From: Gaiella sp.
GTDB lineage: Bacteria; Actinomycetota; Thermoleophilia; Gaiellales; Gaiellaceae
Reading direction: 5' to 3'
Assembly: GCA_046160185.1 (NCBI GenBank)
Contig: JBJXGY010000208.1
Span: 1,843-65,842 of the forward strand
DNA: 64,000 nt
The notes under the pieces are model-generated. The model did no database searches. It was not told where the DNA came from and was given only the letters and a program-made list of their open reading frames with translations. Below are positions 45,784 to 53,863 of this stretch, one piece after another; the stretch's first letter is position 1; every line of letters starts with the position of its first letter. A program made the position numbers and the translations under genes.

Positions 45784-46695
45784 ATGGGCGTGCTGGACGG
45801 GATCGTGGTGAAGGCCATGCCGCTGGTTCCCCGGTCGGTCGTCCGCCGCGTCTCGGCCCCGTACATCGCCGGCCCCGCGCTCGCGGACGCGATGCGCGTC
45901 GTCACTGGTTTGAACGCGGCCGGCAAGTGTGCCACCGTCGACGTGCTCGGCGAGGAGATCCGTGCGCCCGGGGAGGCGCAGGCGATCGCCGAGGCGTATC
46001 GCGAGGCGCTCGACGCGTTCGAGACGGCCGGTCTGGACGCAAACGTCAGCGTCAAGCTCACGGCGCTCGGGCTCGAGCTCGACCTGGCTCTCTGCCGTGG
46101 GCTGCTCGAGCAGGTCGTCCGCCACGCAGCGTCGCTCGGGCGCTTCGTGCGGATCGACATGGAGGACTCGCGGTTCACGGACGACACGCTGCGCCTCTAC
46201 CGGGGGCTCCGTGCCGAGGGGCTGGAGAACGTGGGGATCGTCTTTCAGGCAGCCCTGCACCGCACGCTCGACGACATTGCCGGCATCGCCGAGCTGCGGC
46301 CTTCGGTACGGCTGTGCAAGGGGATCTACGTCGAGTCGCCGAGCATCTCCTATCGTGATGCAGACGCCATCCGCAGTAGCTTCGTCGCTTGCCTGGACGC
46401 CCTGCTCGCGGCCGGGTGCCGGGTGGCCCTGGCGACGCACGACGAGTGGCTGCTTCAGCACTCCCTCGAGCACACCGCCTCGCTCCCGCTCGACGGCTAC
46501 GAGATCCAGATGCTGCTCGGGGTACGCGAGGGGCGGGCGAACGATCTGGTAGCCGCCGGCCACCGCGTCCGGATCTATGTCCCGTTCGGGCAGCGCTGGT
46601 ACGAGTACTCGCTGCGCCGCCTGCAAGAGAACCCAGCGATGGCGACGCTGATCGCAAAGGCGACGGTGGCACGTGCGCTCGGCCGCGGCGGGTAG
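45784..46695 (+). CDS. proline dehydrogenase
   Basis: Monofunctional PRODH-like sequence (VSVKLTALG, RIDMEDS, VRLCKGIY, YVPFG..WYEYSLRRLQENP). Confidence 0.85.
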   Translation: MGVLDGIVVKAMPLVPRSVVRRVSAPYIAGPALADAMRVVTGLNAAGKCATVDVLGEEIRAPGEAQAIAEAYREALDAFETAGLDANVSVKLTALGLELDLALCRGLLEQVVRHAASLGRFVRIDMEDSRFTDDTLRLYRGLRAEGLENVGIVFQAALHRTLDDIAGIAELRPSVRLCKGIYVESPSISYRDADAIRSSFVACLDALLAAGCRVALATHDEWLLQHSLEHTASLPLDGYEIQMLLGVREGRANDLVAAGHRVRIYVPFGQRWYEYSLRRLQENPAMATLIAKATVARALGRGG

Positions 46696-46717
46696 CGGTC
46701 ACGCACCGACGGAGTTC

Positions 46718-46737
46718 GGGCGGGCGGTTGCCCGCCC
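46718..46737. terminator. hairpin between convergent genes (GGGCGGGC-ggtt-GCCCGCCC)
   Basis: 8-bp perfect GC stem read directly between the stops at 46695 and 46744. Confidence 0.5.
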
Positions 46738-46743
46738 CTGCGA

Positions 46744-47412
46744 TCACCGCCGCCAGATCAGGAGCAGCCCGTCACCGACAGTGAGCAGCGCGGAGTCGAC
46801 GCGCGGATCGACGCGAACCTGCTGGGCGAAGGCGCGCAGCACACGCGCGGCGCCGTCGGCCGGCTCTTCCTCGAGCACGCTGCCGCCCCAGAGCACGTTG
46901 TCGGCCACGATCACTCCGTGTGGGGCCAGCAACGGAACCACTGCCTCGTAGTAGGACGGGTAGTCCGCTTTCCACGCGTCGATGAACACCAGGTCGAACG
47001 GACCCTCGAGCCGGTGCACGTGCTCGAGGGCGTCACCGACGACGATCTCGATCCGGTCGGCAAGCGGGCTCGCCTCGATGTGCTTGCGGGCCACGGCGGC
47101 GTGGTCAGGATTCGCCTCGATCGTGATCAGGCGGCCATCCGCGGGAAGCCGTGCCGCCATCGACAGTGCGCTGATCCCGGTGAACGTGCCGATCTCGAGC
47201 ACGCGCCGCGCGCGGCTCGCGACGACGAGCGCTTCGAGGAGCTTGACCTCGACGTACCCGCCCGCCATCTGCGGCTTCTCCATCGCGGCCTCTGTCTCGC
47301 TCCGCAGGGCCGCGACGGCGTCAGTCGGCGGGGATGTCTGCTCGATGGCGTATCGCTGTGCGGCCTGATCGACGACGCTCACGGACTCGACCCTATCTCC
47401 GTCGGGCACCAC
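46744..47412 (-). CDS. class I SAM-dependent O-methyltransferase (caffeoyl-CoA OMT-like)
   Basis: SAM motif VLEIGTFTGISAL and FIDAWKADY. Confidence 0.85.
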   Translation of the reverse strand: MVPDGDRVESVSVVDQAAQRYAIEQTSPPTDAVAALRSETEAAMEKPQMAGGYVEVKLLEALVVASRARRVLEIGTFTGISALSMAARLPADGRLITIEANPDHAAVARKHIEASPLADRIEIVVGDALEHVHRLEGPFDLVFIDAWKADYPSYYEAVVPLLAPHGVIVADNVLWGGSVLEEEPADGAARVLRAFAQQVRVDPRVDSALLTVGDGLLLIWRR

Positions 47413-47482
47413 TCGGTTCCCGCTCTGTCAAGTGCGCGAGGTGCTACGGTCGCGGCGGGCTGTGGACAGCCCGGCGCAGTCG

Positions 47483-47923
47483 TCAGTCACCACGACCTGC
47501 CGGGGCGTCCCGGTAGTACGGATACGGCGGGTGAACGTAGCCAGCGCCCCAGAAGGGCACGCTCTCGTAGTAGCCGTACGCCCCCTCCCAGTACTCGGCT
47601 TGCTCCGCGAGCTCCGGGTCGTAGCGGGGCGACGCGTGCACGCGCTGGCGGGTCGCTCCTATGCGCACGGTGTCCTCGTCGACTCCGGTGACCGCATCGA
47701 CGGGGATCAGGCGCGATTCCCCACCGATGCCGAGGAACCCGCCGCTCTCCACCTCCAGGAACCGCGCTCGCCGCTCCTCCTCGTCGATGTACAGGTCGGT
47801 TACCTTGCCGATCTCCTCACCGTCCCGGTCGACCGCCTTGTGTCCCCGTACATCCTCGGCGGGGTCGGCCACGGTGAGGCCGCTATCCCTCAACTTCATG
47901 AGCCTCGCAGTGTCCAGCGACAT
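47483..47923 (-). CDS. PRC-barrel domain protein
   Basis: VRGHKAVDRDGEEIGKVTDLYIDEEERRARFLEVESGGFLGIG...IPVDAV. ATG 47923 is preceded by GAGAGGAG. Confidence 0.75.
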   Translation of the reverse strand: MSLDTARLMKLRDSGLTVADPAEDVRGHKAVDRDGEEIGKVTDLYIDEEERRARFLEVESGGFLGIGGESRLIPVDAVTGVDEDTVRIGATRQRVHASPRYDPELAEQAEYWEGAYGYYESVPFWGAGYVHPPYPYYRDAPAGRGD

Positions 47924-47969
47924 CGTTTGCTCCTCTCTCACTGGCAAGGGCTGTCTGTCGGTGGAGACC

Positions 47970-47994
47970 TACCCGCTTTTCGCCTCGGCTACAC
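47970..47994 (-). promoter_or_regulatory. weaker SigB/F-type promoter candidate (GTGT-N16-GGGTAG)
   Basis: Read on the minus strand upstream of the PRC-barrel gene. Confidence 0.35.
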
Positions 47995-48047
47995 CTCACC
48001 GCCGCTTCACGGTACGGTGGGCAGCCCCGCGGCCCTCGCCCGGCGCT

Positions 48048-48072
48048 GTTTGGCTGTGACCCCGACGGGAGA
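48048..48072 (+). promoter_or_regulatory. SigB/F-type promoter candidate (GTTT-N15-GGGAGA)
   Basis: Ends 11 nt upstream of ATG 48084. Confidence 0.4.
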
Positions 48073-48083
48073 AGAGGTCAACG

Positions 48084-48689
48084 ATGACGACGTTCGATCC
48101 GACAAGGAGCGCCGGGGCCGCGGTAGCTGCTACAGCGAGGACGGCCGCCGGCCTGGTGGCGACTGTCGCGCTCGCCTCCCGAAACTGGAATGGCGGTCCG
48201 GGCATCGCAGCGCGAGCGGATGCGATCGGAGAACGGCTGGAAGCACTCAGCAAGGAAGACGCGGTCGCCGTCGCGATGCTGGTTTCCGTCTCGCGCAGCG
48301 ACCTGCGTGAGCCACCGGGCTCGAGCGAGGACTCTCGGCTGGCGGCCCTCGCGGCAGCTCGGCCACCATGCGAGATCGGCGAAGCTGCGCTCGAGATCGC
48401 CGACCTCGCCGACGAGACGATGGAACGCGGCGCCCGCGCCATGCGCGGGGACGCGGTGGTGGCGGGCATGCTCGCACGCGCTGCCGCCCTGGCCGCGGCA
48501 CTCATCGCGGACGAGAATCTCGCCGCCGCCGACGACGTCGACGAGGCCGAAACCGCGGCGCTTCGCGAGCGTGTCGAGTCGGTCCGCCGCGAGCTCGAGA
48601 GCCGGCCGTTTCAGCGAGGCGCGGGCGAAGGCGAGGCGCCGGCTCGTGACGCGCGGGGCGCCGGAGCGTCCCAGTGTCCAGGGCCGTGA
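48084..48689 (+). CDS. cyclodeaminase/cyclohydrolase (FTCD C-terminal-like) family protein
   Basis: All-alpha, Ala-rich sequence resembling FTCD_C proteins. The call is tentative. Confidence 0.45.
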   Translation: MTTFDPTRSAGAAVAATARTAAGLVATVALASRNWNGGPGIAARADAIGERLEALSKEDAVAVAMLVSVSRSDLREPPGSSEDSRLAALAAARPPCEIGEAALEIADLADETMERGARAMRGDAVVAGMLARAAALAAALIADENLAAADDVDEAETAALRERVESVRRELESRPFQRGAGEGEAPARDARGAGASQCPGP

Positions 48690-49530
48690 CTGGCCGGGTG
48701 TGCTGAGGGCGGCGATCCGCGAGTTCCGCGAGGACGACGTCTCGGTAACCGCACAGGCACTGGCGTACTCTCTGTTCCTCGCGATCCCCGCTCTTCTCCT
48801 CGTGCTGCTCGGCGCCTTCTCGCTGCTGGCAAGCGACGATCTGATCGACCGCCTGATCCGGCGTCTGTCAACCGTGATGCCCGTGCAGGCCGCCTCGCTG
48901 CTGCGTGACAGCCTGCGCAGGACATCCGACTCCGCGAGCGGCAGCATCGCGATGACGGCCGTGGGCGGCGCACTCGCTGTCTGGACGACCACGTCGGCCG
49001 CAGCGACGCTGATCGCAGCCCTCACGAAGGCCTACGACAGAGACGACTCTCGGGGCTTCGTACACAGACGACTCGTCGCGATCTCTCTCGTCGCCGCGCT
49101 GGTGGTCGCCGCCGGTCTGGCAGTCGGTCTTGTTGTGCTCGGGCCGCACCTGGAGCGGCTGGCCGGCTCGGCCACGGGCGCGGAGTCGGCCGTCAGCTGG
49201 ATCTGGTGGACCGCCCAGTGGCCGATCCTGGTCGTCGGGCTGGTGGCAGCCTTCTCGGTCGTGCTCCACCTCGGCCCCGACTCGGCGCACCGGGGCTGGC
49301 AGAGCGCGGTGCCCGGGGCGATCGTCGCCACTGGTGTCTGGCTGGCGGCATCGGGTGGATTTGCCGCCTACTCCGCCAACTTCGGCTCGTACGACAAGAC
49401 GTGGGGAACGCTGTCCGCAGTGGTGATCACGCTCATCTGGCTCTGGCTGACGAGCGCTGCGCTGCTCTTCGGCGCGGAGGTCAACGCCGAGGCGCAGAGA
49501 CGAAGCGCCACAGCAGAGATCCCGCAATAG
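48646..49530 (+). CDS. YihY/BrkB family membrane protein
   Basis: AQALAYSLFLAIPALLLVL and the C-terminal WLWLTSAALLFGAEVNAE are typical of the family. The start (GTG 48646) is uncertain. Confidence 0.75.
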   Translation: MTRGAPERPSVQGRDWPGVLRAAIREFREDDVSVTAQALAYSLFLAIPALLLVLLGAFSLLASDDLIDRLIRRLSTVMPVQAASLLRDSLRRTSDSASGSIAMTAVGGALAVWTTTSAAATLIAALTKAYDRDDSRGFVHRRLVAISLVAALVVAAGLAVGLVVLGPHLERLAGSATGAESAVSWIWWTAQWPILVVGLVAAFSVVLHLGPDSAHRGWQSAVPGAIVATGVWLAASGGFAAYSANFGSYDKTWGTLSAVVITLIWLWLTSAALLFGAEVNAEAQRRSATAEIPQ

Positions 49531-49643
49531 GCGAACGCCGGCGGTGCGAGTGAGCCCAGCCGGCCGTCAGGCACGTTGACGCGCTGGACATTCCGACCGG
49601 CAGGTAAGCCAAGAGACGTCGCCGTGAAGCAGGCGCGCCGGTA

Positions 49644-49901
49644 TCACCGGCAGCTCACAGGCTCGTGCCGGCAGCTCGCGAGGCTGGCCGGCCCGTGGCC
49701 TGTCCGGCGGCGGAGCCCGCTATGCCGCAAGCGGCGCCGGGTCGTCCCCGGCGGCGCAGACGACCGGCGGAAGGGCAGCAGGACACCCACTACTCGAAGC
49801 AGCGGCTCGGGATCCGGCTCCGGCAAGGGCTCCGGATCGGGGTCGGGCAGGGGGATCGGCTCGCCGGGAGGACCGGGTGGGAGAGGATCGATGTCGCGCA
49901 T
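49644..49901 (-). CDS. hypothetical acidic proline-rich protein (PLPPGPPGEPIPLPDPDPEPLPEPDPEPLL...)
   Basis: The ATG lies 8 nt downstream of a strict GTTT-N16-GGGAAC box. The Arg-rich C-terminal half makes the 3' extent doubtful. Confidence 0.4.
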   Translation of the reverse strand: MRDIDPLPPGPPGEPIPLPDPDPEPLPEPDPEPLLRVVGVLLPFRRSSAPPGTTRRRLRHSGLRRRTGHGPASLASCRHEPVSCR

Positions 49902-49909
49902 GCCCGATC

Positions 49910-49935
49910 GTTCCCCCGACGGGGCCTGCCGAAAC
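49910..49935 (-). promoter_or_regulatory. SigB/F-type promoter (GTTT-N16-GGGAAC)
   Basis: Minus strand reads tGTTTcggcaggccccgtcggGGGAACgatcgggcATG. Confidence 0.55.
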
Positions 49936-49966
49936 ATTCGGGACGGTCTGCTTGCGCCCGCCTGGA

Positions 49967-50338
49967 TCACCAGCCACGGATCCGCGGCAGGTTGCGGTAG
50001 TAGTCGCCGAGGTTCTCGAACGCGAGGTCCTCTCCCTGGAATGCCTCCTCGACGGTCGGCGCGCCCTCGAGCTCGTCCCGCAGCAGGTCGATCGCCACGA
50101 CCCGACGCTCGTGGTCGACGCTTTCGATGGCGGCTGCCGGCAACACGACATCGCGTTTGTGAAGCCAGCCTCCCGTCTCGACCACGAGATGGGCTGCTCC
50201 GACGGTCTCGTTGGCCCGGTCGACCCTGCCGATCGAGCCGTCGCGACCGACAACCTCGTATCCGGTGAGCCCTGTTGCGCTCGAGCCGCCCTCGAGCAGC
50301 CCTGCACGGAAGCTCCAGATCTCAGTCCGTACGTTCAT
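49967..50338 (-). CDS. PRC-barrel domain protein (123 aa)
   Basis: LTGYEVVGRDGSIGRVDRANE...HLVVETGGWLHKRDVVLPAAAIESVD. GGAGG RBS before ATG 50338. Confidence 0.75.
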   Translation of the reverse strand: MNVRTEIWSFRAGLLEGGSSATGLTGYEVVGRDGSIGRVDRANETVGAAHLVVETGGWLHKRDVVLPAAAIESVDHERRVVAIDLLRDELEGAPTVEEAFQGEDLAFENLGDYYRNLPRIRGW

Positions 50339-50432
50339 CCTTCCTCCTTCTGCAGTTGGCGTTGACGGCCGCCGGCCAGGTGAACAGGAACAGACCCCGC
50401 ACGCACGGAGCCGGTTTTCGATACGACGGCCG

Positions 50433-50458
50433 GTTTGAGGGGTGCCGTGATCGGGCAC
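50433..50458 (+). promoter_or_regulatory. weaker SigB/F-type promoter candidate (GTTT-N16-GGGCAC)
   Basis: Ends 9 nt upstream of ATG 50468. Confidence 0.3.
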
Positions 50459-50467
50459 CGTGGGTGT

Positions 50468-50770
50468 ATGCCCGTCCGAACGAGCGCACCTGAGCAAGAT
50501 GCTTCGCTGCCGACGCTGATCTTTGTCCGCGACGAGACATCGGGGCCGTCTCGCCGCATGGAGAGCCTGGTGGCGTGGATCCGGGTCACGCAGAAGAAAA
50601 GGCTGCGGGTGGTCGACCTGGAAGCGTCGATCAACCCCGTCGCCGTCGAACGGCTTGGCGTCACTGTTGTCCCTTCGCTCGTGCTGATCGACGATGGCGA
50701 GGTCGCGGGCAGGCTCGAGGGCAGGGTCGGCGGCAAAGAGATCGAGGCGCTCATTTCGCGGGCGCTGTAG
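50468..50770 (+). CDS. thioredoxin-fold protein with SGPS in place of CGPC
   Basis: IFVRDETSGPSRRMESLV aligns by eye to the thioredoxin FWAEWCGPCKMIAP, followed by VVPSLVLIDDGEV. Confidence 0.5.
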   Translation: MPVRTSAPEQDASLPTLIFVRDETSGPSRRMESLVAWIRVTQKKRLRVVDLEASINPVAVERLGVTVVPSLVLIDDGEVAGRLEGRVGGKEIEALISRAL

Positions 50771-50771
50771 A

Positions 50772-51185
50772 TCAGGCGCGGCTTGACGGTTCCGGTTTGG
50801 ACAGGACGTGCCGCTCGATCGGCACTCCTTCGAACTCGTCGGGAATGCGGTCGAGCTCACCGGACTCGAGCCAGCTCGCCTCCGTCTCGGGCCTGAGCAC
50901 GACGACCAGCCGGTCGGGACGGTATTCGCGGATCGCATCCTCGACAACCTGGGCCGGGGCATCGGGACGTTCCTCCGCACTGGTGATCGGCGCCGGTGCT
51001 TTCGCCGCCGTCACCTCCGCCAGTCTCGCCGCGTCCGCCCGCGGCTGGTCTTCCGCGTTCGTCAGCCACTGAAGCCTGCTCTGGGTCACGGCAGGGGCGA
51101 TCACGTGCACCTCGTCGCCAGGCGAGACGATCTCGTCCAGCTCGGTGTCGTCAGGCTCCTGGGTGAGAATCAGGACAACGCGCAT
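50772..51185 (-). CDS. hypothetical protein (137 aa)
   Basis: GGAGAAAGGAG RBS and an upstream GTTT-N17-GGGAAC box. No family recognised. Confidence 0.55.
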   Translation of the reverse strand: MRVVLILTQEPDDTELDEIVSPGDEVHVIAPAVTQSRLQWLTNAEDQPRADAARLAEVTAAKAPAPITSAEERPDAPAQVVEDAIREYRPDRLVVVLRPETEASWLESGELDRIPDEFEGVPIERHVLSKPEPSSRA

Positions 51186-51222
51186 CGGGCGGCTCCTTTC
51201 TCCACGACGGTTCCGAGCGTTC

Positions 51223-51249
51223 GGTTCCCGGGCACGGGCCTATCGAAAC
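51223..51249 (-). promoter_or_regulatory. SigB/F-type promoter (GTTT-N17-GGGAAC)
   Basis: Read on the minus strand. It sits back-to-back with the plus-strand box at 51253. Confidence 0.5.
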
Positions 51250-51252
51250 GCC

Positions 51253-51278
51253 GTTTCGGCGCATTCCCTCTCGGGTAC
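51253..51278 (+). promoter_or_regulatory. SigB/F-type promoter of the sigma-factor operon (GTTT-N16-GGGTAC)
   Basis: Read directly. It ends 10 nt upstream of ATG 51289. Confidence 0.55.
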
Positions 51279-51288
51279 CTCGCTTCCG

Positions 51289-51624
51289 ATGATGCGGGCG
51301 CCGATCCTTGCCGGAACGCTCCTCGCTGCCGAGGTTCAGGTGGACGACGGCCGGAGCCTGCCCGTGCGCGACATCATCCTCGATCGCCAGGCGCCCAGGG
51401 CGCTCGGGATCGAGGTTCAGGATCGTTCGCGCTCGATGTTCGTGCCCTGGCTCGCCCTGTCGATCACCAGCGACCGCGTGTCCGCGCTCGGGAGCACGCT
51501 GCAACCTGCGGAGCACTACGCGTTCTACCTCGAGGCAGGCAGGCGAGTCGGGCAGAAAGCGACGTCGTCGGCGCTCCGTCGCGTCACGATCGATCCTGAT
51601 GGTGCTCTCAGCCGGTTTCAGTGA
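51289..51624 (+). CDS. PRC-barrel-like hypothetical protein
   Basis: LLAAEVQVDDGRSLPVRDIILDRQAPRALGIEVQD...VPW fits the PRC-barrel pattern. GTGA-coupled to the STAS gene. Confidence 0.5.
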   Translation: MMRAPILAGTLLAAEVQVDDGRSLPVRDIILDRQAPRALGIEVQDRSRSMFVPWLALSITSDRVSALGSTLQPAEHYAFYLEAGRRVGQKATSSALRRVTIDPDGALSRFQ

Positions 51625-51926
51625 CCGCGCTGGTGGGTACAGAACACAACGTGACGACATTGGTCGCAGCAGCTCGAGAACGCGAGACCGGACCGCAGCT
51701 GTGCGCCGCGCTGGCAGCGGGAGCTCGCGACATCGTGGTCCAGCTCCAAAGTCACGACATGGACGCCGACACGCTCATGCTGCTGTACGACGCGACGAGA
51801 GCGCTGCGCGAGGTCGATGGACGCCTGATCGTCGTCGCCGACGACCCCGGCCTGCGCAGGCTGCTGGCCCTCACGCTGCTCGACCAGACGCTCGATGTCC
51901 GAGATCCGGCGAGCTTCTCCACGTGA
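51621..51926 (+). CDS. STAS-domain protein lacking the phosphorylatable Ser (MDADTL)
   Basis: Aligned by eye to the two other STAS proteins in the window. Confidence 0.55.
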   Translation: MTALVGTEHNVTTLVAAARERETGPQLCAALAAGARDIVVQLQSHDMDADTLMLLYDATRALREVDGRLIVVADDPGLRRLLALTLLDQTLDVRDPASFST

Positions 51927-52012
51927 CTTTGTCAGCTGCGACCGAGCCCAGGTCGGAGATACCCAGCTCCGTCCGCGCCGAACTCGAGCTGGTGCCACAC
52001 TAAGAGGCAGGT

Positions 52013-52771
52013 ATGAGCGTCTTGACCGAGCAGACCCTGGAATCACTGTTACGGGCTTACCGCGAGGACGGCGACATTCGCGCGCGCGACAAGGCGGTGG
52101 AGCGCCTGCTGCCGATGGTACGAGGACTGGCTGCCCGCTACGCAGGCAGAGGCGAGCCCCTGGAGGATCTGGTGCAGGTGGGGTCGATCGGTCTGATCAA
52201 GGCGTTCGACCGCTTCGACCCGGACCGCGGCGTGAACTTCTCCAGCTACGCGATCCCGACGATCATCGGCGAGATCCGGCGGTATTTCCGAGACAAGACC
52301 TGGTCGCTCCACGTGCCTCGCCCGGTCAAGGAGCTGAGCGTGCGCCTGAACAGGATCACCGAAGAGCTCACCGGCAACCTCTCACGTCCGCCCACGGTTG
52401 CCGAGCTCGCGCACGCGTCCGGAGCGAGCGAAGAGGATGTGATCGACGCGCTCGACTGCACCCTGGCCTACTCGACGCGCTCGCTCGACCTGGGCGTCGA
52501 CGGCGATGACGACGAGTCGCTCTCGGAGCTGATCGGCGGACCGGACGAGGCGTTCACGCGAGTGGAGGACACCATCGTCGTGACGGAAACCCTGGCCGGA
52601 CTGGCCGAGCGGGAACGGGAGATCGTCCGGCTCCGTTTCTACGAGGAGATGACGCAGTCTCAAATCGCTGCAGAGCTCGGCATCTCGCAGATGCATGTCT
52701 CTCGGCTTCTTCGCAAGGCGCTCGAGCAGATGCACGCCGGCCAGCAGCGGACAACGGAGGACAGATCATGA
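52013..52771 (+). CDS. RNA polymerase sigma factor, SigB/SigF/SigG subfamily
   Basis: Region 2 LEDLVQVGSIGLIKAFDRFDPDRGVNFSSYAIPTIIGEIRRYFRD and region 4 QSQIAAELGISQMHVSRLLRKAL. Confidence 0.9.
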   Translation: MSVLTEQTLESLLRAYREDGDIRARDKAVERLLPMVRGLAARYAGRGEPLEDLVQVGSIGLIKAFDRFDPDRGVNFSSYAIPTIIGEIRRYFRDKTWSLHVPRPVKELSVRLNRITEELTGNLSRPPTVAELAHASGASEEDVIDALDCTLAYSTRSLDLGVDGDDDESLSELIGGPDEAFTRVEDTIVVTETLAGLAEREREIVRLRFYEEMTQSQIAAELGISQMHVSRLLRKALEQMHAGQQRTTEDRS

Positions 52772-53265
52772 AGCACGTAGTGCAGCTGACGATGCCCGCG
52801 CGGCCTGAGTTTCTGATCCTCGCCCGCCTCGCGCTCACGGGTATCGCTCGCACGACTCCCGCCCTCGACGACGTCACTCTCGCCGACCTCAAGCTCGCGG
52901 TTACGGAAGCATGCGGCAACGCCGCCCGTCACGCGTACGACGGAGAGGCAGGGCCGGTGCACATCCAGTACACGCTGGAAGAAGGCCACATCGAGATCGT
53001 GGTCGCCGACGAGGGCACCGGCCGCGACCTCCCAGCCGACGCACCCACTGACCATCTGCTCATGCTCAAGGACGGGCTGGTCGAGTCGGGCATGGGGCTC
53101 TCGATCATCCGCGCCATCGTCGACGAGACGGAGATCGAGTCTCGGACGAACGGTCAGCAGGGGGCGGTGGTCACCATGCGGAAGCGCCTCGCTACGCCGG
53201 GGCCGGAGGATTCTCCGCGAGGGGACTCTCAGTCCTCGCTCCCAGAGCGCATGCCACCGGGATGA
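52768..53265 (+). CDS. anti-sigma factor serine kinase (RsbW/SpoIIAB-like)
   Basis: N-box TEACGNAARHA, G1 DEGTG and G2 GMGLSII. ATGA overlap with the sigma gene. Confidence 0.85.
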   Translation: MKHVVQLTMPARPEFLILARLALTGIARTTPALDDVTLADLKLAVTEACGNAARHAYDGEAGPVHIQYTLEEGHIEIVVADEGTGRDLPADAPTDHLLMLKDGLVESGMGLSIIRAIVDETEIESRTNGQQGAVVTMRKRLATPGPEDSPRGDSQSSLPERMPPG

Positions 53266-53405
53266 GCGCCGGCACCCTGGTGGCTCTCGTCGCGGCCGCC
53301 GTGTCGTTGGCGGGGATCGCACTCTGGCTCGGCCTCCTGCTGTGGGCGGCACGGGAAGACGGTCGCAGCCAGCGTGAGTACGACCGTCAAGCTGGAGGAG
53401 ACTGA
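53262..53405 (+). CDS. 47-aa single-pass membrane peptide (MSAGTLVALVAAAVSLAGIALWLGLLLWAAREDGRSQREYDRQAGGD)
   Basis: My own translation, since it is below the ORF-track cutoff. Its ATG overlaps the rsbW-like stop (ATGA), and GC3 is high. Confidence 0.5.
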   Translation: MSAGTLVALVAAAVSLAGIALWLGLLLWAAREDGRSQREYDRQAGGD

Positions 53406-53415
53406 CCCAGGAGCG

Positions 53416-53760
53416 TCAGGACGTTGCCGTGCGCGAACCGGGCTCGCTCAGCCCAGACTCTCTTAGCGGCAGAACCTGGTCGTGGGCCGTCAGCTCAAAG
53501 ATCCTCCGGGCCGGGCCGGCCGGCAGCACGACGTGGAACATCGTTCCAGCCTCGCGTGCCCGCCGGAACGCGCCGACGATCACCCCCAGGGCCGTCGAGT
53601 CGAGGAACGTGGCACCCGAGAGGTCGCACACGAGAGCGGAAGCCTCGCGTTCGGCGTGCAGCGCGACGCGCAGGTCGGGCGCGGCGAAGGCGTCGAGCTC
53701 CCCGCTCGCGACGACCGACGATCTCTCGTGTGCGCGTTCGCTGGTGACCCTGTAGCTCAT
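53416..53760 (-). CDS. STAS-domain anti-sigma-factor antagonist (RsbV-like)
   Basis: LVCDLSGATFLDSTALGVIVGA carries the conserved DS phospho-site. Confidence 0.8.
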   Translation of the reverse strand: MSYRVTSERAHERSSVVASGELDAFAAPDLRVALHAEREASALVCDLSGATFLDSTALGVIVGAFRRAREAGTMFHVVLPAGPARRIFELTAHDQVLPLRESGLSEPGSRTATS

Positions 53761-53863
53761 TCGGCGGCCGATCGCATTCCGCCTTCAAGACTGACAGGTA
53801 TGGCGGCACACCGCCGCCGCCGAGGAAACAGACCTTCGCTCGTCAAAGAACCCCCCTGAATGT

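Noticed and set aside
49576-50268. 230-aa plus-strand Gly/Ser/Arg-rich ORF
   Set aside because: It is antisense to the PRC-barrel gene and the Pro-rich ORF, and it has no start context or promoter motif.
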